NCBI RefSeq assembly: GCF_018350175.1
Contig: NC_058368.1
Coordinates: 200,882,001-200,946,000 of the forward strand
Length of the DNA stretch: 64,000 bases
Direction: 5' to 3'
Origin: Felis catus
Lineage: Eukaryota
Of this stretch, positions 39,177 to 53,082 are shown in pieces. The translations under genes and the position numbers were made by a program. Under the pieces are notes generated by a model that worked only from the letters and a program-made list of their open reading frames with translations, had not been told where the DNA came from and did not search any database. Positions within the stretch are counted from its first letter, which is position 1; the number at the start of each line of letters is the position of its first letter.

Positions 39177-40829
39177 TCATGACCTCTTCAATATCCCATA
39201 TGCTCCAAATCGCCAATTTTTAATTTCTGTAAAATATCATCATTGAAAACATTAACATTTTACATATCAGTTAAGAAAAAGCCATTTTATTTCGCTGTCA
39301 TATACAATATAAACCATGCAGTGAAACACACCAATGAATTACTAAAACAAATAAAATTAATAAATAAATTTTAAAAAAATTTAAAAAATATAAGCATCAA
39401 TGTTGACAGGTTTTGACTGTTCCAGTCACAACCATAATTGAAGCATACTGAATGAAAACCGGGCTTGCTTAATTTTCCACATCTTTTCTCAAATATCCAG
39501 TAGTGAGACAAGTTTGAGCACTCATAATCTATCTCCGGAATGGAGCAGACAAGAAAAGTGTGAGGTGTGCTAAAGGGGACCTTCTAGTCCTTCAAAACAA
39601 AATGATATATTGATTTAATTATATCCATTGAACGGTAACTACCACGTACAGACAGCTGTCAGGCATAAAGGATGCCACAGCAAACAGGAAAGCTTACTCT
39701 TCAAGGGTGTAAATAACAATCTACCCATTTTATAAACGATTATTTAATAACACTTAAACTCTGCTCTACCTTCTTTATTACCAAAGGGAAGAATAATACA
39801 TTCTATGATGCTAGCTTTGCTTGACAAACAAAAGCAGAAAATCCTCTGCAATGTCCAAGCAGTGCTTTCTCTGCATGTGTCTTAGATCCGTTCCACACAT
39901 AATCAGAAGTAGGTGAAGATTCAAATATTTGACTCTATTCACCTGTACCACGTGCCTGTGACTCCTTCAATGGGTTGGCTTAAATTCTTAACTCTGGGGA
40001 TGCTCTCATACAACTAACACTTCATTGCTGTCAGGAGAAAAAAGAAATCTCCACATTGAGCCCTCTCTATTTACCCTTTCTCCCTTCTCCCTTATTTCTT
40101 CTTAACTCCCATCTCTTTTTTTAAGCTCAACTTCTTGTGTGAATTATCAGTTATTTATCATTTCCATGGATAGATAGGGCCTCGGGTAGAAGATAGGAGG
40201 GAAGGGAGAGGGTTTCTCTGTAATTTAGCCTCGGTGTGAACCTTTCCCAGAGCCAAACTGAGCCTCCTGTTGGCATATCTCATGGGTGGTTTTGTACTAA
40301 AGAAATTTATATGTTTTGATTAGCTTGCCTTGCATTACCAAATCCTCTTCTCTTATCGTTGTAAATGTTAGGTTGCACAAAGGTGCATAAGACTGTCAGA
40401 AGAATAACAAAATTTATATAACTTACACTTGTGAAAAGCATTCCAGAGGTAAAAGAGGGGGTTTTGCGGATCTTTTATAAGAGTAACTAATCTAATATAG
40501 GTAGTCAGGGAAGATCTCTGTGGGGTGATTTCTGTTCGTATCTCAAAGAACGTAGTAATTGATGGGTGTTGAAGATAAAAGTCAGGATAAAGTTTTGCAA
40601 GCAGAGGTAACAGCATATTTCTACCTATAATGGGGAATTGGGGAGCAGGGTGGTTAAAGCAAGGCAATTTAGATAGACAGCTAGTATGACAGGACCAAAC
40701 ACAAAAGGAAAAGTAAGTTGAGTCTTGGGGATGACATGAAACGAACAAGGCAAATCCATAAAGGGTATGTTAAACGTTTTGATATTTGTTATAAGAGTGA
40801 CTGTAAGGCATCGATGGGGATTTTAACTT

Positions 40830-41110
40830 AATTTAATTTTTATTTTGATTGAGGTGAAATTTAAATACCATAAATTCACCAATTTTAAGTGTATAATTAA
40901 ATATGTTTTGATAAATGTGTGAAGTAATAGAACCACTATTAGAATCATGATATGGAACATTTCCATCTCCTCCAGATTCCATTATATAGTTATTTCATTT
41001 TTAGAATCTCACATGAATGGAATCATACACTTTCTTTGGTGTCTGGCTTCAATCACATTCATTCATCAAAATGTTTTGATATCCTTCAATGCTATTACCT
41101 GTATCATAAC
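40830..41110 (-). mobile_element. Old L1 (MD/ME) 3' end
   Basis: attgaggtgaaatttaaataccataaattcaccaattttaagtgtataatt. Confidence 0.75.
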
Positions 41111-41640
41111 CATTTTATCATATTAATATCCAGATTAATTTTTATGAATTCTTCTTTGTATGGTTTATCTAATTTTGAGTCCTTAGTCTGGAGTTCAACC
41201 TGAAGTTACAAAATTGTTCCTAGAGAAGATACAATCCACTTTATTTTGTTCAATTTTATGATACAGTTCCTGAACATAAAATACAACATATGAGAAATTA
41301 ACTGCTCAAAACACAAATCTTTTGTTGTAATATTCAAAAACAATCAATGTAGTTCTTCAACAAAGGTATAGAGATTTTTGATTAAATACAAGAATTTTTT
41401 TTATGTATTTCCATCTATTTTGCTATAATTTTTGTCTCCCAAATATATTCTAAAAAGGTATTCATGAGTTATTCTTTAAAAGATTTTAAACAGCAAGTAA
41501 ATTGATCTGTTTTGAGGACAGATCCAAAGAGAAACTTAATTTGTTCCTTCCTAGTGGATTTACAAAATTTTGTTTAAAAATCAGAAATATCAAATCTGTA
41601 TTTTTTTATTCCAGGTAATGAGTTGAACCTAGACTTTTTT

Positions 41641-41854
41641 TTAAAATTTTTTTTAATGTTTATTTATTTCTGAGACAGAGAGAGACAGAGCATGGGTGGG
41701 GGAGGGGCAGAGAGAGAGGGGGACATAGAATCTGAAGCAGGCTCCAGGCTCTGAGCGATCAGCACAAAGCCCGATGAGGGGCTCGAACTCACAGACCGCG
41801 AGATCATGACCTGAGCGGAAGCCAGACGTCCCAACTGAGCCACCCAGGCGCCCC
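41641..41854 (-). mobile_element. Can-SINE (felid type)
   Basis: Perfect 16-bp TSD gaacctagactttttt at 41625-41640 and 41855-41870. Confidence 0.97.
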
Positions 41855-42899
41855 GAACCTAGACTTTTTTATAGATACGAATGAAGAAACAGATGGTTGT
41901 TGGACTGTGCTTTGAAAACATAATGACAATCATTAGTAATAAAATGATACCTGTTTGCATTCATTGACTGTGATTCTGCTAGTGAGAATCACCTCTGTGC
42001 ATGAGGAAGAAGTGAAATGATAAGAGTATTTTATTGGTTTACCTAGTTATCAATCAATATTAAAATAACATGCAGAAAATCAAGAAATTAAAAATTCATC
42101 TTCCTTTGAGTTATAAAAAGTCCCTCAAGAACATATGTATTTATTATTGGGCACTTGTTTAAAAGAACTTTTCAGTTGCATTTCAAAGAAGAACCAGATC
42201 TTACTGCCTTATGATGCTTATTGAACACAATTATTTAGGCCTTTGCCTCTCTTAAATTCTATTAAGATTACAGGATAAATATTAAACAAATGAGAAGAAA
42301 GCCATATATTACCAGAAAGTCAAAAATCAGTGCCAGAAGCAAACCCTATTATTAAGGAATTTCTGGAAGATATAATGCAAATGGAATCTAACTAGTGGTA
42401 AAAGTCCACAGAGCTTGGACACTTATGACCTTCCACAGGGAACAGACAGAGCTTCCAAATAAATAATTTTTCACGGGAAATAGAAACATGAAAATATTCC
42501 AAGGAGTGAAGAGCAGGAGATGAGATAGTGATCCGCAATAGAGTGATTGATTCAAATGGAGTTAAAGGGCAGTGGAACAGCTGCACTAAGATACATTTTC
42601 ACAGCAGTTGCTATGGCATTTGCCCCAAGACTAAAACCAGTAATAGAGTTCCTTAGATAAAGTGGGGCATATGCTGAAGGAGACTCCCAGGCTCTACACA
42701 TGGATAAAACAAAAAGAAAAGCAGGAAGAACTCACACAGTTAGAAGTCAAGCTACTCACATACCCTACTTATCTGTACAAATCCCTAAATTCAGGATACC
42801 TATAATCAGAATCAGCATTTGCCAATTGTTCTTAGGTTGTACTGGGGAAATATTCTTCATCTCCCAAGACTGATTAATCTAGACTCTTTCTTAGGAGTG

Positions 42900-43630
42900 G
42901 AAATAAAGAATATCAGTAAACATTAGAAGCTTTCCAATATCATTTAGCTGTCTCAACAAGGTATTTACTTACCAATATTTATCTACCAATAAAAGAAGTA
43001 TCTTCCAGGAAATAGAATTAACAAAAGACACCAATGTGATTGGTCAATTTATAGAGATTCAATAAACAATAATATCCTTAACAAGAGAATAATAATTAAA
43101 ATTATGATACTGAAATCTCAATAAAAGAAATAATCCTCAAGAAAACAGAAATAATAAAAGGGGCCAAATCGTAAGGTTTAGAGTAGAAATAGTTTGTAAA
43201 ATTAGAGAGGCACATGAAGGTATAACACTTATAATACAAGAAAAAGAATTTTTTAAAAAACAATAGCTGAAACTAAAATCTGAATAGATAGGCTGTATAG
43301 CAGAATGGAACTGACTGAAGATGATATATGTTATTGACTTGAAAGACAGAGCTAAAATTTTCTCAGAATTCAATGGAAAATGAATGATAGTAAAAAATAT
43401 GAAAGTAATTTACAAAATACAAAGGTCATATAGAGGAAACCCAACAGCAATCACTCTATTTATTCCAAAAACATATGATTAAAAAACAGAATCAATGAAA
43501 TAATAATAGAAAATATACCTGAAAGACTTGGTGTTTAGATAGCAAGAACTAATCAACTTCTTTATACAAATATTTTAAAAATAAATAAATCTAATAAACA
43601 CATACTGGTTTTTTAAAATATGGAAACACA
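42900..43630 (+). mobile_element. Decayed L1/HAL1 ORF1-like remnant
   Basis: A-rich tract with ORF1-like motifs (gacttgaaagacaga; aaataataatagaaaatatacctgaa); boundaries approximate. Confidence 0.4.
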
Positions 43631-43640
43631 AACACTACTC

Positions 43641-43664
43641 TGAGAGAAAGACAGACACAGAGAG

Positions 43665-43714
<50 letters not shown>
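43641..43714. repeat. (GA)n microsatellite
   Basis: Directly visible. Confidence 0.95.
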
Positions 43715-43718
<4 letters not shown>

Positions 43719-45906
43719 CCCATAGGTCCTGTTGTTGTATTACTTCCTATTCCTTGCATTTGAACACATTTATCAGTTTTGGTTCTACAGCTCTTGAATT
43801 TCAGCACACAAATCAGTCTAGCTGGCCAGGGAGTCCCATTCCTTTGAATAAAACTATTAGTCCAATATGAGTATTTGACCCAGGTGGGTTTCTCCAAAGT
43901 CATTTCAGGGATGGGTGAGAAAATTCTGGGAGAGAAGAACGTCTCTCTCCTCCTTTGATTGTAAGGTACAAAGAACTGGATGTCAAGAGCCCCAGTTAGT
44001 GTTCAGGTATGTGTTGTATACTTCTCTGATTTTGTTGGCCCCATTTTTTTTTAATTTCCAGATTTACCTGGGCCATTCCTTCTGCTTGATGCTTCTGGTG
44101 TTCTTCTGGGAAGATCACCTGGCACTAACCATATTTTTGTAGCCACACAGAAATAATTTTGTTCTTTACTGAAGAGACACTCTTTGATCTTGGCCACCAG
44201 TGTGGGACAAAGTGGGAAAGTGACATCATATGGCATGCCACTTGGTTAATAGATCAAGCCTGGTATGGTAGCTACTCCAATTCCTTCATATCACTCTAGA
44301 CTAGGATGCAACACATCAGAGTCTTAGCAGCTCTACCTTGTGTACTTCTTGCCTTCTGTCCCAGGGTTTCCCATTGCTTCTGATGCTCAAAGTGTCCTAG
44401 AGCCTATTCAACAGGCACTCATGAACACTGGCTCATGAGGCTGTGCCCATCTTCAGGCTGAAGGTGGGAAGGGGAAGACTACCCCTGGCTTACTGGCTCA
44501 CCTACTTGTGCTGCTCTAATTGCTCCTGCTCTAAATAGCTGCTGCTGTTTTAGGCACTTGGCTATCAGTTACCCAAAGGGATTAGATGGTGTAACCCGGT
44601 AAAGTAGTAGGGTTGACAGTGTATAGCAACCTTGACCAAGGCCCTGGACATGGAAGTTTTCTCTTTGTCTCCCGATACAGTGTTTCAAGATGTAGTTCAT
44701 ATTATATACTAGACATTATTTTAAGTACCTGACATATATTAATTGGTTAATTTCCACCCATGAGGTAATTATTATTACTCCTGCTTGACATATGAGAAAA
44801 ATTAGAAAGAAAGGAAGCTGAGACCTGGCAAGGTAACAATGTCAGGTGGTATAATTTGCCCAAAACATTAGAGGAGAGTGATAGTTCTCGACACACTCTG
44901 GTGGATGATGCCGAAACTAACCAGAGCCAGTTGGCAGTGTGTATGTGCCCTGGAGAAAAGGGGGCAATGTGAGTGGATTGAAAGAGTTGTTTCAGCAAAT
45001 ACTATGTTCGTGCTCAAGCAACCTTGGAGGGGGGAAATCCACTCCCATTCTAACTACACATAACTACGAATACAATTTTCCTTCGGCTTCACAAGGGAAA
45101 TGAAGTAGATCAGGGATCTTGAGGTCTGGTGGCAGGATGCCGGCACCACAAAAGTCCAGTACTGCAGAGATGCAACTCCTTAGCTATCCACATGCTGGGA
45201 GCAGAGCTCAGGGCTAGTGCCTTGGCGGGACGGGCAGTCCTCCAGGCTTTGGCCCAGCCAGCCCTGGTAGAGCATGGAAGTGCTACATCAGTGACATGGT
45301 AGTAGTTTGATGCTTTAAAAAATCTTTTGCAGGTCCTCCCCCTCACCAAGGTCAGGGCAAGAGCAACAGTTCTGCCTGCACAATACCCCCACATGCTGAA
45401 TCAGATCTCTGGCACTGGAAACCAAAAGCAGCATCTTGTCAACGTAAGCATGCCCTACATACAGCCTCATAGACATCGGGAAACTGACATAACCATTAGC
45501 TTTTCCTAGTGTTGTGATGGTGATGGTCGTTGGAAAATAGCAGATTTCCAACCCAGAACTTTACCGTTAGGGAAATGCAAGGGCTTCAGGCCACGGATAC
45601 TGCCTTAGTTTGCTGATGGGAGTGTGTAATCACCAGGACGGATTCAGGGACACACAGGCACCTTCTTCTGTAATTCCCGGAAAGATAATAAAACAGATTT
45701 TGAGAAGATAAAAACTGATCTTTCTGCATTTAAAAATGGGAGGGTTTTCAGTGATTATATCTGGGTAATAATGTTAATGGCTTGAGAATTTAGAAGTCTA
45801 GGAAATTTTCTAATATTCTGGCTTCAGACAAGGCTAGACCAGTTGTTTGAAAGTTTTTCTGAGAATCTCAAAATCAGCCTCTCTCGTTTTCATCCCAACC
45901 CCCCCC

Positions 45907-45961
45907 ATACACACACACACACACACTCGCATGCATGCGTGCGCGCGCGCGCGCGCGCGCA

Positions 45962-45999
<38 letters not shown>
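45907..45999. repeat. (CA)n-(CG)n-(CA)n alternating purine-pyrimidine tract
   Basis: Directly visible; about 20 nt of uninterrupted GC alternation at 45941-45960. Confidence 0.95.
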
Positions 46000-46000
<1 letters not shown>

Positions 46001-46668
46001 CCACGGAAAGATCCTTAGAAATGTTTGCAAACACAAGCAGGCACGATCTTACTTTCTCTGGCTCTTACTTTCTTGCTTCTTGTTTTCATTCTCACTACTC
46101 TGTTACCCTTACCTTGTCCTTTCCTCATTGGTCAGATTTTATATCAAGTCTGTTTTGCTCTTTCTTGGGTTCATTTTGCAAAACTCAAATTTTGATCTCT
46201 ATGTCCTAGAATAAAGTAAACCATTTAATGCAGTTACTGAAGTGATCAGCCTCTTGAAAAAGAAGATAATATTTTTTATGTTTATTTACTTTTGAGAAGG
46301 AGAGAGACACAGTGTGAACGGGGGAAGGGCAGAGAGAGAGGGAGACACAGAATCTGAAGCAGGCTCCAGGCTGCAAACTCTGAGCTATCCCCACAGAGCC
46401 CAATGCGGGCTCCAACTCACAGACTGAGAGATCATGACCTGAGCTGAAGTTGGATGTTTATTTAACCAACTGAGCCACCCAGGCGCCCCTTAAAAAAGAA
46501 GATAGAAGCAGGAGCAGAAAACTACTCAGGGCAAAATCTATTCCTGTATCTCCACCCATAAACACTCTCTGAGAAAACGAGTTGACTTTAGAGTTACTTT
46601 AATTTTAACTTAATTTTATCGTGTCTGCTCGTGTTTGCAAACATTTCTAAGGATCTTTCCATGGCTGT
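45997..46668. repeat. 51-bp inverted repeat pair (45997-46047 and 46618-46668)
   Basis: acagccacggaaagatccttagaaatgtttgcaaacacaagcaggcacgat versus the reverse complement of the second arm: 48/51 identical. Confidence 0.92.
46269..46488 (-). mobile_element. Can-SINE (felid type)
   Basis: Reverse copy; TSD ctt(g/a)aaaaagaagata at 46253-46268 and 46489-46504. Confidence 0.95.
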
Positions 46669-48699
46669 TGCTTTCCGTCAAGTTTACCAATGAAATTAGT
46701 GTGAAACTCTGAAGTATAGGTTCTTATTGAATCAGCATGTAGTTAAGCTAGCGCTAATTGATTTGACTGCAGATTAGATTGAAAACGTTTTTCAGAAATG
46801 TGTTGCTATCCATGTAGACATAGCCTTAGTATCAACAGACACTATCTGTCAAGGTCCACCTCACTTATGGAATATATCTGATCATGAAATAGCAAAGAAA
46901 TTTTTGATAGATGAAACACCTGAATATATTCATGTTCTTTAAAAAATAAATCTCTAGATAGGTCATTAAAAACAATACTTCAAAATGGAAACTGACAACC
47001 CAAGAGAAGGTAAATGTGGCTCCATTATTAGAGCTTGCTATAACTTGCATACCATTAAAATTTGGATTTTAATCTGCTAACGAAAGTGACGTTTTGATTT
47101 TACTGTCTCTTCTCACCACTCTTCTTACATTGACAATTTGTAGACAAAAAGGAACAAATCATGCAGATAATTTGAATATTGGCTTTTGTCTTCCCTTCTG
47201 TCTACCTTTTCTAAATAGAAGAACTGACAAATGATGCCTCGGTTTATCCAATCTCAACAAATCTCTTTTGCTCTGTTCAGTGATACCGCTTGACACCTTT
47301 CACAGACTCATTTACGTTAGCATGAAGATTGCTTCTCCACACAGATTTTATATAATATGAATAAATTATGTACTATGGAATTTAAACACATAATTAAAAT
47401 AAAACAATGTTCTAGCTTCCACTAACCCTTAACAACTTCTAATAAAACAAATGAGCAGGGTTGCAATATAATCACTTAAATGATATTTTTATGTCCTTTG
47501 TCCCACATTTATTTCTATAACCCTTATTGATTAGCATAAAGATTTGACAACAATCCTACATAACATCTTCTACATCTATAAAACACTAAGGACGTATTTG
47601 TGCATGTGTGAAAATGTGTTTTATGAAACAGATCTCTTTATATGGTATTAGCAAAGTAAATTTTAAACTTTAAAAATCATACACCTGTGTGTTTAAGGTT
47701 TTTAAATTATATTTTAATATATAAGAACCACTCTGTGGAGACTCTCCTTTCAAAGGGTCAGCATGGTTAACCTTTCTGGATATGTGTTAGACAAAGAAAA
47801 AGTATTTTTATCAGTATATATGTATCTTTTATTTTTTACGTTTCTCGTGCTCTTCTGCACCTTGACATTTTCCCCCTTCAATAATGTTTCTTGAGAGTTC
47901 TCTAAAGTAATACATGGGTACCTAAATATCTTATTCCCATAAATAGGTGGGTGCAATCTAATTAATTTAACCACACCCCTGCAGTTGGACATTTAAATTC
48001 CTTCTGTTTTTCTTTTTCTGTTTCACAGTAATACTACAGTCCCCAGTTCTAAATGTGTATGTATGTGTGAGTGTGTGTGCACGTGTACTATGTGTCTAAT
48101 GACTTCCAGTTATGAATAAGATTATGTCACAGGCTGCTGACTCTCTCCACAGTCCTACCTACAAACCTCATAGAAGTAAAAGAATGTATTGATTTAAAGA
48201 AAATAAAGTAAAATAAAATAAAGTACAGCTGTAAGCAATGCAGCTTGAGGCAGAGGCAGGCCTGTTGTCATTGTCGGCAGGAAAAAGGATGAAGAGCTTT
48301 GCAGCACTCTTTTTCTCTGCCATATTTTGGATGTGGATCACTCCTTGCTACCTCACTGCTTCAGAGTAGAATGCAACCAGGACCAACACAACAGCCTTTA
48401 CTAAGTAGATAATAAGTGAATGAAGACCAACTGGATCCTGAGTGTTCTTACCCTACTTCTAAAATACAGCTTGGCAACCATAATTATTTGAAAAAACTCT
48501 TTCAACATGGAGCCATGTCAGGAAGAGGTATCAAGGTTCCATGAGGGACAGAGTCACTTAGTGAGGAGAAAACAAACACAACCTATCAAACCCAGTCTAT
48601 AATGCTCTGGGGACTTCTTCCAGGGGCTTGCTCCACCTGCAAATCCATCAGAAATTTTACAAGCTAGAACTAGGTCTTGGGCCTGCTACTGTCTATAAA

Positions 48700-49492
48700 A
48701 CTACTCAAGATGACTGATGAAGTGAGGGGAAATATTATCACAAACAAAATTACCAGACATAGAGGAGCACATCCAGAGTAAGAGAGAAATGACAAGACTT
48801 TATCTATATGATACGGGATAAATCAGATTTTTTTTGGTTGGATAAACCAGAATTAATACAACATAGAAGTCAAGAATTTCTAAACACTATATCCATGGAG
48901 TTATTGATAATTGAGGAAGGAAGTCATTTAGAAGGCATACTGGTAATAAAAAATTATAATAGGTGGAATGAAGAATACACATATTAGCTAAATGAAAATA
49001 AGACAGAGCCAAAGAATAAATTTTGGAGCTGAAAGATCAGTTGTAGAAGGCAGTCAGAAAAGGCAGGGTATAAAATATAAACAAAAATCTAACAAATTTG
49101 GGGGGTAAGAGTAGAAGTAGCAAAGTTATAATAGACCCAGAGAAATAGAGATAGATAAAAAAGGATCAGATACAATATTTGAAGAAATAATGGCTAAACA
49201 TTACCAAGAACTAAACAATAAAAGATGAATGTCTAGATACGGTACAGTCTTAAGCAGAATAGATGGAAAAGCCCTCAAGATAGATGAGAGTGTAATATAA
49301 GGTCAACAAAAACCAAGAGAAGTTCTAGAAGTTTCTGGTAAGAAAGGATAGCCCACAAAGAACACATAATTGGATTGATAACAAACTTCTCAATGGAGAG
49401 GCCAGAGACAAGAGGATTTGGGGGATTATTTATAAAGTTTCTAGAGAAATGACATTTGGAGCTAGAATATTATATCTAGCCAAATTCTCCTT
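48700..49492 (+). mobile_element. Decayed L1/HAL1 ORF1-like remnant, host of the young L1
   Basis: caatatttgaagaaataatggctaaa; gagctagaatattatatctagccaaa are ORF1-like landmarks. Confidence 0.55.
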
Positions 49493-49508
49493 TAAATGTG
49501 AGGGCTCA

Positions 49509-49969
49509 CAAATTATGGAAAGAGACTAAATGTCCATCAACTGATGAATGGATAAAAAAAATGTGGTTTATATACACAATGGAGTACCACGTGGCAATGA
49601 GAAAGAATGAAATATGGCCCTTTGTAGCAACGTGGATGGAACTGGAGAGTGTTATGCTAAGTGAAATAAGCCATACAAAGAAAGACAGATACCATATGGT
49701 TTCACTCTTATGTGGATCCTGAGAAACTTAACAGAAACCCATGGGGGAGGGGAAGGAAAAAAAGAGGTTAGAGTGGAAGACAGCCAAAGCATAAGAGACT
49801 CTTAAAAACTGAAAATAAACTGAGGGTTGATGGGGGATGGGAGGGAGGGGAGGGTGGGTGATGGGTATTGAGGAGGGCACCTTTTGGGATGAGCACTGGG
49901 TGTCGTATGGAAACCAATTTGACAATAAATTTCATACATTGAAAAAAAAGAAAAAATAATAAATAAAAA
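49509..49969 (+). mobile_element. Young 5'-truncated felid L1 (ORF2 C-terminus, 3'UTR, poly-A)
   Basis: Translates KLWKETKCPSTDEWIKKMWFIYTMEY...WMELESVMLSEIS...CGS* (L1 ORF2p C-terminus, stop at 49722); perfect TSD taaatgtgagggctca at 49493-49508 and 49970-49985. Confidence 0.97.
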
Positions 49970-51098
49970 TAAATGTGAGGGCTCAACAAAGTGGAAGAAT
50001 GAAAGGCTTAAAGGTTTCTTTTTTTAAAAAAATTATATTTGCAGGTACAACTGCCATAAGATGAGAGAAGCATCAAGGAAGTTATGAGATGTAATGTCCA
50101 CCTGCTCTAAATAAGGTGGTTCCTCAAATATATTCATTCTACCCAGTATGCAGAACAGCTCTAGCCCTATGTACATAAAGCTGAACCTAGAGAAGGCAGT
50201 TGTCCTTCCTGATGGACTGATGCAGTCATCTTCAGCTGAGCAAACTCCCAGGTAGGATATGGATCCCAGAACCTCGAATATTCTCTGCTAGAGAATATTG
50301 CCACATACTGTATTTTGATTGGGCTAACTTCTTTCTGTATCATCTAAAGGTCCTAATTGTTTTACCAATAAATGTTTGTGCTTAGATTTTGCTTCTTTTA
50401 ATCTAACTTGATAATTTTTAATTTTCAACAGTTCATTATACACCATTTATATCTATAGTGATTACTAAAATTTCAAGTTTATTTTTGCCATGTTCTTTTG
50501 CAGTTTATTTTAACCATGTTTTCTTCCTGACTTTTTTTTAAATCACTTCTTGCCTTTTGTCTGGTTGAGATTTATTTGTTTTTATTCTTTCATAGTTTTA
50601 CATTAAATATACTAGTTCTTTTGAAATATACAACTTTATCTTTATAACAAGATCTCAGTATTAATCACTATCTTCATCTTACTGCTTGGTAAACACAAAA
50701 TAGTCATTCTGAAAGCCCAGCTTTGATCCCATTTCTGCCTGAGGCACTTTTTAACCTTCTGCTTCTCTGAAGTTGCAACCTTGCTCCCACCAGTTGGTCT
50801 GGCTGACTGGGACTTCTTATTTAGATTCTCTCTCTATTTAGAAATTACTAAGATTTTCCTTTATTTTTAGAAAATGGATATACACTTTAATATTGCCACT
50901 TTATTTTATTTCTTTATGCTTCCAGTAGAGATGGACAATTTCACCATATGGAAACTGTCACTTTCACATAAAATTTGAAGAATTAACATCTTTACATTTT
51001 TCAATTTTCCTACCCAAGGATACAGTATGTCATCTGTATATTTAAATATTATTTTTTCTCTAATGTATTTTATTTTTTTTATTAAATTTAAAAATCTT

Positions 51099-51320
51099 GG
51101 GGCGCCTGGGTGGCGCAGTCGGTTAAGCGTCCGACTTCAGCCAGGTCACGATCTCGCGGTCCGTGAGTTCGAGCCCCGCGTCGGGCTCTGGGCTGATGGC
51201 TCAGAGCCTGGAGCCTGTTTCCGATTCTGTGTCTCCCTCTCTCTCTGCCCCTCCCCCGTTCATACTCTGTCTCTCTCTGTCCCAAATAAATAAATAAACG
51301 TTGAAAAAAAAATTAAAAAA
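51099..51320 (+). mobile_element. Very young SINEC_Fc-type SINE
   Basis: CpG-intact copy with ggcgcagtcgg and cttcagccagg variant; TSD aaaaatct. Confidence 0.97.
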
Positions 51321-53082
51321 AAAAATCTAACCACATTTTTATTGAAACATTATAAAAAGATAAGAAATAGGACAAGAGCTTTTGCACAAGACTATACTTT
51401 TTAAAAACCTACATATGTAAATAAAACAACACTGCATGTATAAAAGATATTTTATATATTTAGGTATATACATGCATATATGTATGGTTATATATTCACA
51501 CATTACACTAAACACATTAGATTAGTTGCTTATGAATATGAATAGAAGGGATATGTGAGTAGAGATTGTAGAAAAAAGGAATAGAATACATAAGTAAAAC
51601 AAAAGAAGGACCTTGAACAGTGATGCAAATAAAATGGGAACTATGGAGAATGGCTATCTTAATTCTTTGCACCTCCTGCCTACTACATACATTTGTGTGT
51701 TTGTATATAACTGACAAGCATATGTTATTTCCATATTCAACTATGTAATTCACTATCAATATGCAAGCAACCTTGTGTTTAGAGGCTTCGTTAACAAGAA
51801 GTAATCTGAGATAAGAGTCCTTCATATTATTTCCATATTCATAATGACTTGTGATTACGGTTCTATTTCAAGTAATAAAATTTAAGGGAACTTGAACTCA
51901 GAGTGGAATCTTGAGCTCTTAATTTTTCATTTATTTCACTAAATGACGTTAAAAAATAACTTGGCAAAAGCCTAAGCAACTTATCTAATGTTAACATCAA
52001 TGGTAATTAAATAGGACTACATAAGGAAAAATCTTCAGTATCTTTTGGGGTCTTAAATAATTATGAGACTTCAGCACTCTGCAGATGAATATAATATGAA
52101 CAATACACATTTTTAGCCCTAGAATGAAATCTCAAAACGTTTAACTATGTTCCAGAAGCTTCTATTTGTCTAGGTAACACATTTTCCTTTAGTCTGATGA
52201 GAGTACAAAATCCGAATAACAGAAATATTTTCTTGACTCTTGTAGAGAAATTGGAAGATCACATTTGTCTTTTCTCAGCTTAAGACTTTCAAAGCAAGCA
52301 ATTTGTTCTCATTGTGTGAGTCATAGAAATATGAAATTGAATAAGGATATGGTGGTGCAAATTGCCTTTCCAGTAAGTAGGTGCTGGTGGCATCAACATA
52401 TACATTCTAAATTTATCAGCAGAGAGGAACAAGACCCAAATCATATTTCAGACTTCTGTTTATGTACCTTGGATAATATGGACGAAGGACATTTGGAAAG
52501 AGAGACACTTGGTGTAGAGCAAAACAGGAGGCGAGAGCACTGTCTTTAGTTTGGCTGGACTAGAAATTAATTTGCTAACCAAAGATAAATTCTGTTTCAT
52601 TAAAACTTCGAGAAAAAAAGAATGGACTTCAACATCCTTATTTGTAAATTAAAGGGACTGATCTGGATGTTTTCTAAAGAATATTCTCCAGTCCTATCAT
52701 TCCATGAGTCCATAAAATTGAACTTATAAATATTTGAGCCATGAACCTTTCATTGTAGATTTTCTTGCCAATAAAATATTGGAAGATAAATGGATATATA
52801 TCTAATAACTATGTTTGAATCTTAGCTCTAAGATCCTCTAGCTCTAAGACCTCAGATACTCATGTTCTTTTACTTCAAATGTTAAAGAAAAATAATAACA
52901 TCTGACTTATAGACATAATTTGAACACCAACAAAAAGGGATGTAAAACACCAACAGCATAAATGTAAAGCACATATTGCATGTTTCTTGTCCCATGATGT
53001 ATTCAATGTTAGTAATAAATTATTATAATTTTATCAGTCCATATTCAACACATGAATAGAAGAGTTATCTAAAGGATTTTTT

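Noticed and set aside
43715..44590. Possible ancient LTR element
   Set aside because: Composition is suggestive, but I could not identify termini, a TSD or a family.
45110..45551. Overlapping ORFs in a GC-richer unique stretch
   Set aside because: No recognisable protein similarity and no consistent frame or splice sites; more likely regulatory or old LTR-derived DNA.
13878..46214. Low-complexity ORFs (THTH, YIYI, LPSF, RKEG, CVCV, HHHH)
   Set aside because: They are read through microsatellites.
49498..49722. 74-aa ORF with convincing protein-like sequence
   Set aside because: It is the C-terminus of L1 ORF2p in a 5'-truncated insertion with no promoter or true start, so it is not a host CDS.
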